Below are positions 41,040 through 54,925 of a stretch of 64,000 nt of DNA, piece after piece. The stretch is from Octopus bimaculoides (taxonomy: Eukaryota): contig NC_069005.1 in the NCBI RefSeq assembly GCF_001194135.2, positions 30,357,657 through 30,421,656 on the forward strand. The letters run 5' to 3'. Position 1 is the stretch's first letter. Each line of letters begins with the position of its first letter. The translations under genes and the position numbers were made by a program. The notes below the pieces were generated by a model. That model was not told where the DNA came from. It saw only the letters and a list, made by a program, of their open reading frames with translations, and did not search any database.

Positions 41040-41496
41040 AATTATACAATCAGAGACCTAATTGTATAGACAAGAGGAAAGAGAGACCGAACTATAAAGA
41101 TATTAAGGGAAAGATAGAAGGGAGGGAAGAACAAAGATATATATATCTATATGGATACCTAATCATAGGTACACGGAGAAGCTAAAAAAAAAAGTGTGAT
41201 CTAACCATAAAGACATACCTTAGCATAAAAATACTGAGAAAGATTTGAATGATAAAGATCAACTGGAGAGAGAGATGTAAACATTAAAATCATTAGAAAG
41301 AGAGAGAGATGTAAATTATGACAGACTTGTGGTTAAAAAATTGGATATTAATTAATATCAGTTTAATACCAGGTAGCTAGCACATTAAAAGAATCAGGGA
41401 GATTCAGAAAAAATATCTGAGATCTCAAGGATTATTGTATATGTTTATATAAAAATATATAAGAATATATATAAAGGAGGCCACTGGGTGGACTGC

Positions 41497-41563
<67 letters not shown>

Positions 41564-43147
41564 ATAAAAAATATAAAATAACCCACCCTGTCGTTTTGTA
41601 TGTACTAAAAAAAAAAAAGTGTGCGTGCGTCGCCACATTTAGGTGAAGATCGAAACCGGATTAATGATGATCTGAGCTCGATGAAAGCAAGACAAGAAAT
41701 ATAAGAGTAATCAAGATTGATAGAATGAATATTTTATACTAAACACAAGAGAGAAAGAGACCGAGTCTGGTATAGAAATACCAACAACGAAATATCAAAG
41801 ACACTATTTTTATTTTCAAGTTGCTTAATTAGAATGTCGACTGTACAAGCATGTGGACCAATACACACGCACACATGTGTGAATATAACACATACTTTAT
41901 ATATCATATATACACGCACACACGTTTGATATATAAATATATATATATATACACAGATATGTATATACGTGTGATTTTAGTCAATATTATATTATAAACG
42001 AAGCATTAAACACCACACAGAATTTAATTAGTCAATGTTTTAAACAGCCATCCACACATCATACAAATATGTCTATATTCTATGTATGTATATATATATA
42101 TATATATATATACGTGGCGATCGCTGGCGGCGAGACCGGGTTAACAATTTCTATTGTTCATTGCTGATAAATTATATAGTAATGAATCCTCCCCTCGTCG
42201 CGCAAAGACGTCACCGCTTGGGCGAATGTATATACATGTATATATATACACACACACACATATATATATATACTTATAATATATATATATTTGTAATGTG
42301 TACACGCACATATAGATACTAAAAGAGGTTGTTGACTTAATAGTAGACCACGAGGGGAGGGGTAATGAAAAATGACAAGCCATTAAATAATACATATATA
42401 TATATATACACACACGTGATCATAGATACTACACATACATGTGGTACGTATACACAGACAATACGTGTATGTATCATTCTTTACATTATACGCACGTTTG
42501 TGTCTGCGTGTGTGTGTAAAATTCAAGCTCTTTCGTTCTCTCTATATATATGTATATATGTGCGAGTATGTCTATATATATATATATATGTATTTAGTAA
42601 AACACATACTTAGCGAATGACGATGCAGTTCCCCCCCCCCCACTAATGTTCAAACAGTTCCTTTAGGAAAGACAGAAGTAAAATGTGCCACCCCCTTTTC
42701 TGTTTCCTTTCAACCTTGATAAATCGTTCAGTAACCTTTGCTNNNNNNNNNNNNNNNNNNNNNNNNNNNNGGGGGGGGGGAAGATTCTTCCATCATATAA
42801 AATATCTAAATAGACACAGACATACATAAAGACTAAATATGGGGGCTTTCTATTTTATTCTAGTAGTTTAAACAATGATGGCATATATTTTGTGTTCCAC
42901 CTCACATTCGAACTCAGGTCCTCATGGCCTAACTTCAACTCAGACGAAGCCTTCTCTTTCAGTTGATTTTTTTTCTTTTAGTAAACGATAAAAAGTTAGC
43001 ATATACATATATATATATGTATATATATACACTCAATATGTAGAATATAAAGATTCCAGTATAGATCAGTGTCCATAGACATACCAATACATGTGATTAA
43101 TCCACAATGGCTATCGACAGACCTAGAAGAAACATACCATTATTTTT

Positions 43148-43212
<65 letters not shown>

Positions 43213-43611
43213 GTATGTATATATATATAGATAATACTTTGGAAGAAGCTGTGTAATATATAAATCGTATTTACTATACACGTAGGTCTAATATATATTT
43301 CCTGGGGAGAAATATATATTTTGTATTAAACATACATACACACACACAGACTATTCCAGACAAGCAAGCAAGCAAGCAATTCGTAGAACATCACAGAAGA
43401 AAAGAATTAATATTAATAACAATAATAATAATAAATCAATATTTTAAACTTCAGTTATAAGAGAAAAATGCATTTATATACATACATCCATATATATATG
43501 TGTGTATATATATATATATATGTGTGTGTATTATACATTCATCTCTGATCGATGTATATATATATAGAGAGATAGAACATGCATGGTGTTGATTATTATT
43601 CTTCTACTTAC

Positions 43612-43729
43612 CATTCGGCCCATATTTCTCTAAGTTTTTCTTTATCTGATCATCAGTAAGACCAACATTACTATCAACTCCAAAGAAACCGCAAGCTTCT
43701 TCTGCGGTCTTGGCGTGTGCAAGATCCAT
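43612..43729 (-). CDS. SERCA: SERCA Ca2+-ATPase, coding exon 1 (MDLAHAKTAEEACGFFGVDSNVGLTDDQIKKNLEKYGPN/E)
   Basis: ATG at 43729 in a GGAAAATGG context, with an in-frame TAG 7 codons upstream. The translation matches the SERCA N-terminus (MEAAH.K..EE...FGV....GLT.DQ.K..LEKYG.N). The exon ends in phase 1 at G|GTAAGTAG. Its 118-nt length equals vertebrate ATP2A coding exon 1. Absent from the ORF track. Confidence 0.96.
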
Positions 43730-44439
43730 TTTCCACTTCTTGTGTTGCTAACCCTTTATACAAAGGATTAATTAATTAAAGATTAAATTATTAATTAGCA
43801 CAGCCCTTTTTTTTTTTGTTTTGTTTCCTTTGTGATGGAATATATATATATATATATCTTGTATTATTATTATTGCAGCCGTCGCAATACAGAATCCAAT
43901 TTCGTGATGTCTTGGTTTGGTTGGAAGGTAAAAAAGAAAGAAATTCTTTTCCGAATTTTTGAAATAATTTAAACAGAAAAAAATATGAAATTTCCTTCTT
44001 CACTTAGAGATTCGGTAAAATTTTTTTGGACCCCTGAGGTATGTATGTATATTATATATATATGTAATATATATATAATATACAGTACACACAAACACAC
44101 CTTATCCCTTTTCGTCACTGGTAGAAGTGGTGTGTCTTGTCTCTCCAACTGTCTTCGCTCTCTCACACACACACTCTCTTCCAGTTATATATATATATAT
44201 TTATATATGTAGATATAGATATATATATATAGCAAGAGAGAAAGGGATGAAGGGAGGTAGCGAGGAGGAGACCTTTTTTGTTGTTTTGGGATGTTGTTGT
44301 ACACAAATTTAGATATAGTGAAAGAAATATCTTTAAGGGGAGGGCTTCCAGCCAGAAAAAAATCTGCTAAAAAAAGGGGGGGTAACGAAATGAGTGTCTA
44401 GCCAAGAAAGACACACACACACATGTAACACACAACTCC

Positions 44440-44720
44440 TTGGTGATCTCTCCCCTCAGAACTGCCGGGTCCGAGTAATACAGCCTCCGTTGAAGAGCGT
44501 ATAAGCCCGATCTAGAGCGAGCTTATTCCTTGTGGCAAGCGGGGGGTGTACAGGTTGCTCACTGAACTACACGAAGAAATACAACAGCTGCTGCTTATTA
44601 CAACCTTATTGCTCTCTCTCACTCTCTCTCTCACTCTACCTCTCACCCCTCTCGCTTTCTTTTTTTCTTTCTGCACTCTCTCTCTCTTTCACTCTCTCTT
44701 GCTCTCGCTCTCACTTTCTG
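44440..44720 (-). promoter_or_regulatory. Putative SERCA proximal promoter / transcription start region
   Basis: CpG-containing non-repeat block about 0.8 kb upstream of the ATG. It has an Inr-like TCAGT (44565-44561, minus), an E-box CAGCTG (44585-44590) and a GA-rich tract upstream. The start position is inferred only. Confidence 0.35.
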
Positions 44721-45759
44721 TCTATCTTTAACACACGGTCATACATATTTACATAATTCACATATACACACTAATGCATTCTATATACATGTACGTATAT
44801 ACGTATATGTGTATGCCTAATTGCGTGTATATCTAGCTATCTATCTATCCATGTTGATATATACACACACATACATACATACATACATACNNNNNNNNNN
44901 NNNNNNNNNNNNNNNNNNNNNNNNNNNNNNNNNNNNNNNNNNNNNNNNNNNNNNNNNNNNNNNNNNNNNNNNNNNNNNNNNNNNNNNNNNNNNNNNNNNN
45001 NNNNNNNNNNNNNNNNNNNNNNNNNNNNNNNNNNNNNNNNNNNNNNNNNNNNNNNNNNNNNNNNNNNNNNNNNNNNNNNNNNNNNNNNNNNNNNNNNNNN
45101 NNNNNNNNNNNNNNNNNNNNNNNNNNNNNNNNNNNNNNNNNNNNNNNNNNNNNNNNNNNNNNNNNNNNNNNNNNNNNNNNNNNNNNNNNNNNNNNNNNNN
45201 NNNNNNNNNNNNNNNNNNNNNNNNNNNNNNNTATTAGTATCATCATTGTTATTTTAAAAATAGTTCGTTTTTTTTACTGATTGTTTATAGTTACCTAATC
45301 ATTTATTTGTATTTTATTTTCCCCCTTTCTGCCTGTTGCTTCTTTCTTTCTCTTCTTCTCTCCATGCTTTTGTCAACGACCGTTTTCACTTGAAGACAGA
45401 AAGTGGACCAGTCCAGAAATTCCAAGTGCTAAATAGCAGAAGATTCTTAACAAAAATAAATACATAGAAAAATGTCCCTTTATTTATTTATTTATTTATT
45501 TATTTATGTATTATATTTTTGTCACACCCCGTCCACACCTCTATCCACTGCGGTACCCGGACCCGTACTCTTACTTTGCAAATCGTCTCATCACCTTACT
45601 GATTCTAAAAGAAGATTCACCCACCCACCTCCCATTTACCACCAGCACTACCAATTGCCAAATTTGAACTCGCAGTGCAACACTTACTTGAGTCAAATCG
45701 TTGTTCTGATTGCTGTTTTTTTTTTATCTATTTATTTATTTATTTAGTTATTTACTTGC

Positions 45760-46020
45760 TCTCGTCCCAGGTCAGCCCGGATCCTGCAAAATTTAAGAGG
45801 AAAGGTGTTCGTTCTAGCCCTGTTTACCTCCGTCCCAACTCACCTTTAGGCCTAACTACACCTAGGTCTGCATTACAGTGCTAGCTTTAACCACCCCATT
45901 TCTTTTTCTTTTCTTTCTTTCTCTGTTTTTTTTTCTTTTCTAGGACGGTAGGGTATGAATCGAGCGATATAGCAATATTTGGCTGCTATTTCTAACCGGT
46001 CGAGCGACCTTGTGGGTAGA
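45760..46020 (+). mobile_element. Dispersed repeat family E (CCCAGGTCAGCCC...GATTTGGCTGCTATTTCTAGCAGGTCGAGCGACC)
   Basis: The same blocks recur at about 12720-12930(-), 20090-20280(-), 26110-26160, 40060-40240(-), 49950-50140(-), 50810-51010(+) and 56000-56160(-). Class not determined. Confidence 0.6.
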
Positions 46021-49000
46021 TACGATGCTACCACTTGATTATGTAAACATAAGTTTTCCACTTAACGGGGGGAAAAAAACTCTCCTATTTTCAGGTCATT
46101 ATGTAACATGATGTATCAGTTTTAAAAGTTTGTTTTTCTAAACCCATATTTATTGCGATGTAATTTTTTTTTTCAATTCATGTTAAGGTAGCATCCGTGT
46201 AGGTATTCCTCAGATGGAAAATCTCACCTATTTTCATTCAGATTATTATTAAACATTCTTTATTTTAAATTTCTTTTTTCTTTTTATTTCTAAAACTATA
46301 TTCGTTGTGGAGTAGAATTTCTTCTTTTAAACCACTTCACAACTTTAAGGTAACCTCCCTGTCAAGGGACCGGCCATCATCTCATTTTAAATCGTAAACA
46401 TTTCACCTTTCGCATAATTTTTACCTTTCTTTTTAGTGGGGAGGGTGTGTGTGTGTACGTGTGTGGTGGGGCTGCTTGAAAGCCCCACAATCTCATTTTC
46501 CTTTATTTATTTTTAAAAAATCCTTGTTTAAAGTATATAAAGAAATCTCCCTGAAGTAGCTGATTTCACTACACCTAAATTTGTTACGTCTTCAAAACGA
46601 ATATTCAATAAAATAAATAGACATGCAAGAATGCCACCACATCCCCATATCGTCAGCCTTTCATTCCCTACTAACGTGTGACTGTAGCCTAAAATTAAAG
46701 CAGTCCTTATCATTTATGTTGTTTTACCCCGGAGTAGACCAATAGTCAAAGGTGTTTCCAACCACGACTATCCTTTCAACATTTAATTAACGTGTCTTTC
46801 TTTCTCATTCCCAATGTGGTAGGTTTGTGTGATTTGAAAGGAATTTATCTAATATTTTTTTGCTATTTTAGGCAGATTGAGGGACCGCGTTAAAGGGCAG
46901 TTGTTATTTGTTGTTACTGTTTAACCCCAGGTCAGCGTTGACCGAACAAACTTATGACTAAAAGCGTTCCAGTCGTGACTATTTCGTTTTATTTGATCAA
47001 GCCGCGGCAGGATATGAATTGGAGAAATATTGACTATTCTGTCTAGCAGGTGGAACAAACTGCAAAGAGAGTCTCTTTCACAAGCTGTGCAAAGTGTAGG
47101 ACTCCCGACCTTTTAAAACCCTTAGTGGAAGCTGTTTCGTTTCACTGAAACGTCACATGTGATACCAATATTTATTACTATATTTTTTTTTTAGTTCGGT
47201 TCTTTTGACGAATCGCTATGTTATTAGTACTAAACAACCAACTCTGATTGCTAAGCGGTGTGAGGGCGGGGAACAAATACATGCACACGCTCATACATAC
47301 ATGCATGCATGCATACATACATACATATATGTATATACATACATACGGACGTATGTATGTATATACATGTATGCAACGGAATATGCCTGCTTGTGAAATC
47401 AACGTGCAAGTGGCTGAGTACTCCACAAACCCGTGTACTCTTAACATAGTTCTCGGAGAGTGTCAAGGCTGGCCCTTTGAAATGCAGGTATAACTCATTT
47501 CTACAGGTGAGTGAAATGGAGCGATGAGAAATAAAGAGTCTTGCTCAAGGACACACCGCGTCCGCCGGGGTTCGAACTCACGATCGTGAGCTGAATATAT
47601 TAACCACTGAGCCACATCCATTCGCGCGCGCGCGCACGACGTGCTTCGTTCAGTTTCCGTCCACCAAATCCACTGAACCCAGAATCATGTGGTTGGAGAA
47701 ACAAACTTTTACCACACTGCCCCGCATGTTAGAATTGTTTAAAGGTAAGCACCCGTCCACGACCTCATTTCGCTTACCAGGTGTCACCGATTTCACTTCA
47801 TTGGCGTTTAGAATATTCACGAAAGAAAAAAAAAATTATAATAAATTAATTTTAAAAAAAATAAAATAAAACGAAAACTATATTAACACCATGCAACCAC
47901 ATGTTCCTTCGATAATTTATTGAAGGTCTAACTCGATAATTGATTTCAGTTACTGGTGAAGAACCCTTAAAAGAAAGTTTTAAAGCAAGGGTTCTCAACC
48001 ATTTTTCACCTATGGGCCCCTTTTGATTACTATTTCAAATTCTGGCGGACCCCTACAGCCATTCGATGTTTAAAAACTAGTTTTTATTGAAACTTCTTTC
48101 AAAATTCCTATTTTGTTTTTCACGCATTAGCTTGTGTAGGTTGTGTTATGTAAAACGCCAGAGAAAGAAACCCAGCCGTTTCATACAANNNNNNNNNNNN
48201 NNNNNNNNNNNNNNNNNNNNNNNNNNNNNNNNNNNNNNNNNNNNNNNNNNNNNNNNNNNNNNNNNNNNNNNNNNNNNNNNNNNNNNNNNNNNNNNNNNNN
48301 NNNNNNNNNNNNNNNNNNNNNNNNNNNNNNNNNNNNNNNNNNNNNNNNNNNNNNNNNNNNNNNNNNNNNNNNNNNNNNNNNNNNNNNNNNNNNNNNNNNN
48401 NNNNNNNNNNNNNNNNNNNNNNNNNNNNNNNNNNNNNNNNNNNNNNNNNNNNNNNNNNNNNNNNNNNNNNNNNNNNNNNNNNNNNNNNNNNNNNNNNNNN
48501 NNNNNNNNNNNNNNNNNNNNNNNNNNNNNNNNNNNNNNNNNNNNNNNNNNNNNNNNNNNNNNNNNNNNNNNNNNNNNNNNNNNNNNNNNNNNNNNNNNNN
48601 NNNNNNNNNNNNNNNNNNNNNNNNNNNNNNNNNNNNNNNNNNNNNNNNNNNNNNNNNNNNNNNNNNNNNNNNNNNNNNNNNNNNNNNNNNNNNNNNNNNN
48701 NNNNNNNNNNNNNNNNNNNNNNNNNNNNNNNNNNNNCGTATAACCCTGCACAGGTTGGGGCTCGCAGTGGGGCCGCAGCAAACTTAAGGGCTGCTCCAGA
48801 CGGCACACACACTAGCTCCACAAAGACCTTTTCTCCCGAAATGGAGAAAGGGTTAAACGAAGGAGTTAGAGACCTTTTCTCATACAAAACGAAAACAGAA
48901 AAAAAAGTGCGGTGATGGTGGGGATCTCATATGAAGTTATAACAGGGAACAGATATAAATGGAGGCAAGAAAGATTAGAGATATAGCAACTGGTACCAGT

Positions 49001-49094
49001 AATATCTTGGTATCATCATGTACCATGCTTTCATTAATGGCTTTAGGTATCTATGTGGTCGTGAGCAAGCACAGCCACCCGCTACCCTTTCGAC

Positions 49095-49165
49095 TTTTGA
49101 TCCTCTTGATTTTTGACCCTTTGGATCTTCGACCCTTTGGATCTTCGACCCTCTGGATCTTTGAC
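49095..49165. repeat. 16-bp tandem repeat (GACCCTTTGGATCTTC), about 3-4 units
   Basis: Read directly; outer units are degenerate. Confidence 0.8.
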
Positions 49166-49240
49166 TTAGAGGAACAGCTAGGATGTAACAGCCAAAGGGA
49201 TAGAGAACTGCACCAGCACTGATCCACCACAAGGCCCAGT

Positions 49241-49735
49241 CCTTGTTGTTATGTGGCAACCTGAGTGCCTCAATAACCCCGAGAGCTATATCAGTAGAGT
49301 GCAAGCTCTTGGCCTCCCTACTGGACAGGTCGAAGGATAGAGACCAGACTAGTATGGACCACCTCTTCCCAGATGTAAAAATGGGTCTGTGTAGGGTCTA
49401 CAACCTTGCCAAAAGAAGGAAAGAAAACCCGGATTTACAGAAGCTTCGATGACAATCGGAAACCAACAAGACCTGAAAGAGGAAGGCCTTCCTGCAAGGA
49501 AACATATGATGTGGTGCAGCAGAATGTGAAAGAACAGGCCAAGCCTTATGGAAGGAAACCAACATCCTGCATTACACGTCATACCCTAACCTGGGACCCA
49601 CGATGGAAGTAGAAGAGAGAATGGTACCCCAAAAAATAGCTGGAGGTGGGATACTGAGACAGAGCTGAAAAAAGGCAGGGATATGACGAGAGAGGAGCAG
49701 AAAAGTCTGTTTAGATTTGAGAAGAGAACGACAGA
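49241..49735 (+). mobile_element. Internally deleted RTE LINE derivative (5' UTR-like part joined to ORF 3' end)
   Basis: The 5' part CCTTGTTGTTATG...CCGAGAGCTAT...GGACAGGTCGAAGGATAGAGACCAGACTA resembles RTE/Expander 5' UTRs. The 3' part encodes GRKPTSCITRHTLTWDP...PK.SWRWDTETELKK (compare RKP..ITRQALTWNP.GKR.RGRPK.TWRR..E.ELK). Confidence 0.65.
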
Positions 49736-50267
49736 GGAAGCGTCAGCACTTCAGCCAAAATGCTCAGCGCCATTTTCGCTCCTCTCTTGCGTTCTGAGTT
49801 CAAATGCCTCCGAGGTCGACTTTGCCTGTCATCCTTTTGGGGTCGATAAAAATAAGTACTACTTAGACACTGGGGGTCGATGTAATCGACTTACCCACTA
49901 CGCCGAAAATTGCTGGCCCAGAAAGTCCCACGGGCTGCAATTGGTCCATGACCGCTCTACTAGGTTGCTCGATGTGCTAGAAATAGCAGCCAAATCTTCT
50001 TCGAATCACGCCCAACCTTCTTAGACAAAGGTGCCTCTGATAATCTCGCCATGCATTCTCTCGTACACAGGAAAAAGATGAGATGGTCACGAATGGAATA
50101 TCTGCTCAATTAGGTCTGACCTATGGCTGAACAACAACAATTAGTTATATACTGATTAACTGCAATTATATTCTGTCACCAATAAAAGCAACTCATATTT
50201 CGTTATAGAACGAAAGAACGGTGTAGGATGAAGGGTGGTTGATACGGTAGACCTTAAGTTTCTGACA

Positions 50268-50295
50268 CTAACCCTAACCCTAACCCTAACCCTAA
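50268..50295. repeat. Interstitial telomere-like (CCCTAA)n, about 4.7 units
   Basis: CTAACCCTAACCCTAACCCTAACCCTAA. Confidence 0.9.
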
Positions 50296-51919
50296 ACTAT
50301 GGAAGACAAGACTTAATTTTCTAATATTAACCCTAAATCAACCAACCCAAATGATTTTATTTATGCATTCATTCATATATTTAGTTGTATTTAGGGAGTC
50401 GTTATGCCAATATTAACACATGCTCTGGTTCAATTCAGTTCCTTGATTATTAGTTAATTGGTTAACTAACCAATCAGCTAATTGATTGTTTATTTAATTT
50501 GGTCAAACAGTAAGTCATTTGTTTTGTTTTTCTTCGTCAGAGCTCTTTCGTTGTCACTTGCAACCTTTTCAATGACATTTTAACTTAGACCGTTACAGAG
50601 GCCGCGTTTTAATAAAGGAGTGGAGTTGAACCAGTGGGTGTGTTAATAATATTGGCGTAACGACTCTCCCGAGACACAACGAAATCTGTTTCAACACACG
50701 AATTCACATAAAGAATCTTACAAACCAGATTGTGCGAATGTATGTGTGTAGATCTTTGACTGAATCGTGAGAGAAAGAAAGAGAGAGAGTCAGTTCCTTA
50801 GTCCTAGTTCAACCCTAATCGAGTAGCCATATGTTTCAAGACAGTTCATCCGTGACCATTCCATTTTTTTTACGTCTTTTTTTTTTTAATGTCTAGGGCT
50901 AGGATATAATGTATAATACGCAAGATGTATCCTTTTTCTTGTTTAACACGGTGAGGTGAAATTTCTGAGAATCCAGCTGCTATTTCTAGGAAGCTGAGCG
51001 ACCACATCTAGGTTCTTGTGTTCCTGGGTGGCAGACCGGTTTAACATCACCACTTGTCTCTTAGTTTTCTACCTTCTTTCTTTTTTGCCTTTTTTTTTTC
51101 TTATTTCGGCAACTGTACCCCCTCCTTCCCTTTCTCCATTTCCCAACCTCATTTTGCACCTTGTCTCTCTTTTCCTCTCTCTCTCATCGCCTCTTTTTCT
51201 CCATCTTTCTTTCACATTCTCTTTCTCACTCTCTGTATTCCCATCTCTCTCTCTCTCTCTTCGTCTCTCAGTCTCCATCTCTCTCTCTCTCTCTGTATTC
51301 CCATCTCTCTCACTTCGTCTCTCTCTCTCTCAGACTCCATCTCTCTCTCTCTCTCTGTATTCCCATCTCTCTCACTTCGTCTCTCTCTCAGTTTCCCTCT
51401 CTCTCAGTTCCCCCCCTCTCTCTCTCTCTCTCTCCCTCTCTCTTCCTCTCAAGGTGTTCAGCTCTTTCTCTTTCGCTTTCTTCCTATCTCTATCGCTTTT
51501 CTCACTTTACACAAAAATGACTATTTCTGCTATTAGACTTGTCAATACTTAAGTTCATGGTTGTTGTTGCTGTTGCTGTACACTGTACACGGTGATGAAA
51601 AATAGGCATGGAAGAATGGCTGGGTGGATAGAAGCGGTGGAGGAATCTAGTTAATTATCTTTTGACTCGATCAATCTTCTACTCTTTTCTCTTCTTCCTC
51701 ATCCTTCTCCCCTCCCCTCCCTCCTCTAATCTCCAACACGTTTTTCTTCTACCTCTTCTTCCCTCTTCCTTCCACTCTATCGCTTCTTTTTTCCTTTCCT
51801 TTCTTTCTATCAAAGGCGCCGACACTTTCTTTATATCTTTCTTTCTGCATCTGTACTTTCTCTTCTTTTTCTTAGTCTATTTTCATCGCATTCTTCTTCT
51901 TCTTCTTCTCCTCCTCCTC

Positions 51920-51953
<34 letters not shown>

Positions 51954-52323
51954 GTCGTCGTCATCATTGCCATGCAATTCTACCTAGTTATATCTGCTTC
52001 CATTCCACACGCACACATACAGAGATATACACACACACGCACACAAGACAGAAACTAAGCCTTATTCACCTCCACCACCACCACCACCACCACCGCCGCC
52101 GCCGCCGCTTCTCTGACTCTACGATTCGTTCAGTTTCCAGACACACACACACACACAAATACAATAAATAATACTTATTATAAATGTCTTTTTCCCCCCC
52201 TCCTAATGTCTTTCTTAACTTTAGTTAGATCTTTTACTAAATTTCGTCATATGTGTGTGTGTGTGTGTGTGTGTGTGTATAATCTTTATATAATTGTACA
52301 TACATTGTATACTTGTATGTATA

Positions 52324-52356
<33 letters not shown>

Positions 52357-52461
52357 TCTTGAATTATGCAAGTGTTTCAAGACAAATTTTCAAAGGTACT
52401 ACACACACACACACACACAGAGGGAGGGAGAAAGAAAGGCCTTAGTGTATACGTATGTCTT

Positions 52462-52494
<33 letters not shown>

Positions 52495-53393
52495 AGGTCT
52501 TTGCATTTATATAGCTCTACTTTTCTGTTCACCTGTATTCTCAGTACATTGGTGTACCTTCATATATTATTAGTTTCACCTGTCTCTCTCCCCCTCTCTC
52601 TCTCTCTCTCTCTTTATTTGACACATTATCTATCAGTTTCTTCTCTTCCTCTACGTTATCTCCACTCACTCTCCTCCCCCCTCCTTTTTTTCATATATCT
52701 CTTTCTCTTTCCCCTATCTCTCTGTATTTCATGTATTTTTAACTGCGGGATCGTATGCTTATTTTTTGTCTTTCTCCTCTTTCTCTAATCTTAGTATCTC
52801 TCTATCTTTCTCTTTGCATTGCCCAATTTCACCCTTTCTCTAACTCTCTATCTCTCTAATCTATATCTGTATATGTATGTGAAGACAGAACATGTATGTG
52901 TGTATGTATATATATACACACACACGTTCTCTCTTCTCTCTGTCCATATTTGTAGCGTTCATTCCATATTTCCTTGAAGCTCCCTCTCACTTTCTCTCTC
53001 TCTTTCTCTCCATATTTGTAACGTTCTCTTTATATATATCTCTCTCTCTAATTCTCACTCAATCATTCTTTCTCTCTCTCTCTCATTCATTCAGCCTTTA
53101 CCTCCCTTTCTCTTCATTTCATCCTTTACCCCTCTCTCCTTTTCTTTCTTCCTTTTTATTTCACTGCTTACACCCTCTCTATCTATGTCTCTTTCAGAAA
53201 CCTTTTTTAACCCCCCTCTCACTCTCCCTCTTTCTTTTCCTTTTTATTTTTTTCTGCGTCTTGTCAGCTCCATATGGTTCTATTCCTCTCCCCTTCCTCT
53301 TACTACCACCAACCAGCCAACCAACCAACCAACCACCACCTCTAACACACTACTCCTACCTTCACCACCTCTCTTCTCGCCAGGCAAACCAAA

Positions 53394-53453
53394 TGTGGTG
53401 CTATTTGATTGGTCGGTTCCGGTTCACATGACGTTGCCAGTAGTGTGACGTCA
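53394..53453 (-). promoter_or_regulatory. ERSE-like element (CCAAT-N9-CCACA) with adjacent TGACGT and perfect CRE (TGACGTCA)
   Basis: Minus strand CCAAT caaatagca CCACA at 53412-53394. TGACGT at 53429-53434. TGACGTCA at 53446-53453. Confidence 0.45.
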
Positions 53454-54925
53454 ATGATGTACCGCACAGCACTTGCTGCTATTTGTGTTGATTACCGTGA
53501 TGTTGATGTTGCTAATGATGATGATGATGATGATGATGGTGTCGGTGGGAGCGGAGGTCTGCTTGCTGTTCGTCTTCTCCTTAGAGTAGAATGTCTGAAC
53601 AGCACTAATAATATTAACCGTAATAATAATAAGAAGAATAACAGAAGATGCGAAAAGAATTGCCCATCACCTGGGAGCTGTCTATGTGTGCTTATGTGTT
53701 CTATTTATATTCTTATATATTATTAGAGTGGTGAGGGTCATGGCGGTGGTGGCGATAGTGTTGTTGGTGTTGGTGGTGGTGGTGGTGGCGGCGATAGTGA
53801 ATATGCTAGCAGTAGTGAAGATGGTGGTGGCGGTGATGGTAACGGTGGTGGTGGTGGTGGTGGTGTTGGTGGCGATGGCAGAATCGGTAGCGCATCGACA
53901 AATTTAACTTGCGCGGTGCGATATTTGATTTCATCGTTCCTTCATGTCACGTTCCGAGTTCAGATCCCATTTAGGTCATATTTCTCTTTTGAAGGGAGAT
54001 GATCCAGAAAAAGTGTCGTATTTGACCGTATCTGGTTTCCAAGGTGTACTTTACCCCCCACCCCCACCCCCGAACTCCAACCCTACTGCACCCCCCCTCA
54101 AAATGTCCCCCAAAATTCCGCCTGTGTCGGTTACTGGTTAAGGGCTAAGAAAGGGATCTGCCGTAAAGTCTTTCATATACTATATCAGAAGGAAAGGGGT
54201 GGGGGCGGAGGATAAGGTGGGATGGACATGGCTAGAATCCTTTTCATCATGGGTCTGCTAGTTCAAAGTTGATTTAAGGAAAAGAAAAAAGAAACATCCT
54301 TTCCTCCATTATTATTCCACGTGCTAGAAACAGCAGCTAAATCGCCTTCAAATCAAGCTATATCGTCTTTAAAGAACAACGACAAAAGAAAAAAAAAACC
54401 CAGTCACATTGGATAATATAATCTCAGATACATTATGTCTGTGAAAGATAAAAACAGTTTATTACGATCATGGCCTTTGATCATCCTTCTGCCTATCAGA
54501 TCAGCACTAACCCGAGGATTAACAACAGCCATGCCAAATAAGCACCTCAAAGACTGCACTTCACGACCTTCAAAGCCTTGTTCTTCACCTATATCCGAAA
54601 CCAGGGCCTATTCTCAGCATGCCCCCTAAAGACTGTTTGGTCGGGGAGAGGGCATTTAATCTGCGTAGTTAGAGTAATTCTGGGTTTATGCGGTTCCTTC
54701 AGTTCAATATCTTTGCCTCCTTTGGAACTCTTATAAAATTAAAAAAAACAAAAAAACAGTACAGTACCCATGACTTTCACAAATATATATATATATATAT
54801 ATTTTTTCATGCCTAGGTAATGCACAGGTGTGGCTGAGTGATAAGAAATTTGCTTCACAATCACCTGGTTCTGGGTTCAGTCCCACTGAAGTGTGTAGTA
54901 GTGTCTTCTGCTATAGCTCTGTGCT

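Noticed and set aside
47540-47625. tRNA-like sequence with A and B boxes
   Set aside because: It is the head of a SINE that continues into the family B body; no full cloverleaf is present. I found no bona fide tRNA or rRNA gene.
51016-53907. Ser/Leu-, His- and Val-rich ORFs
   Set aside because: These are translations of (CT)n, (CAT)n/(CAC)n and (GGT)n low-complexity tracts.
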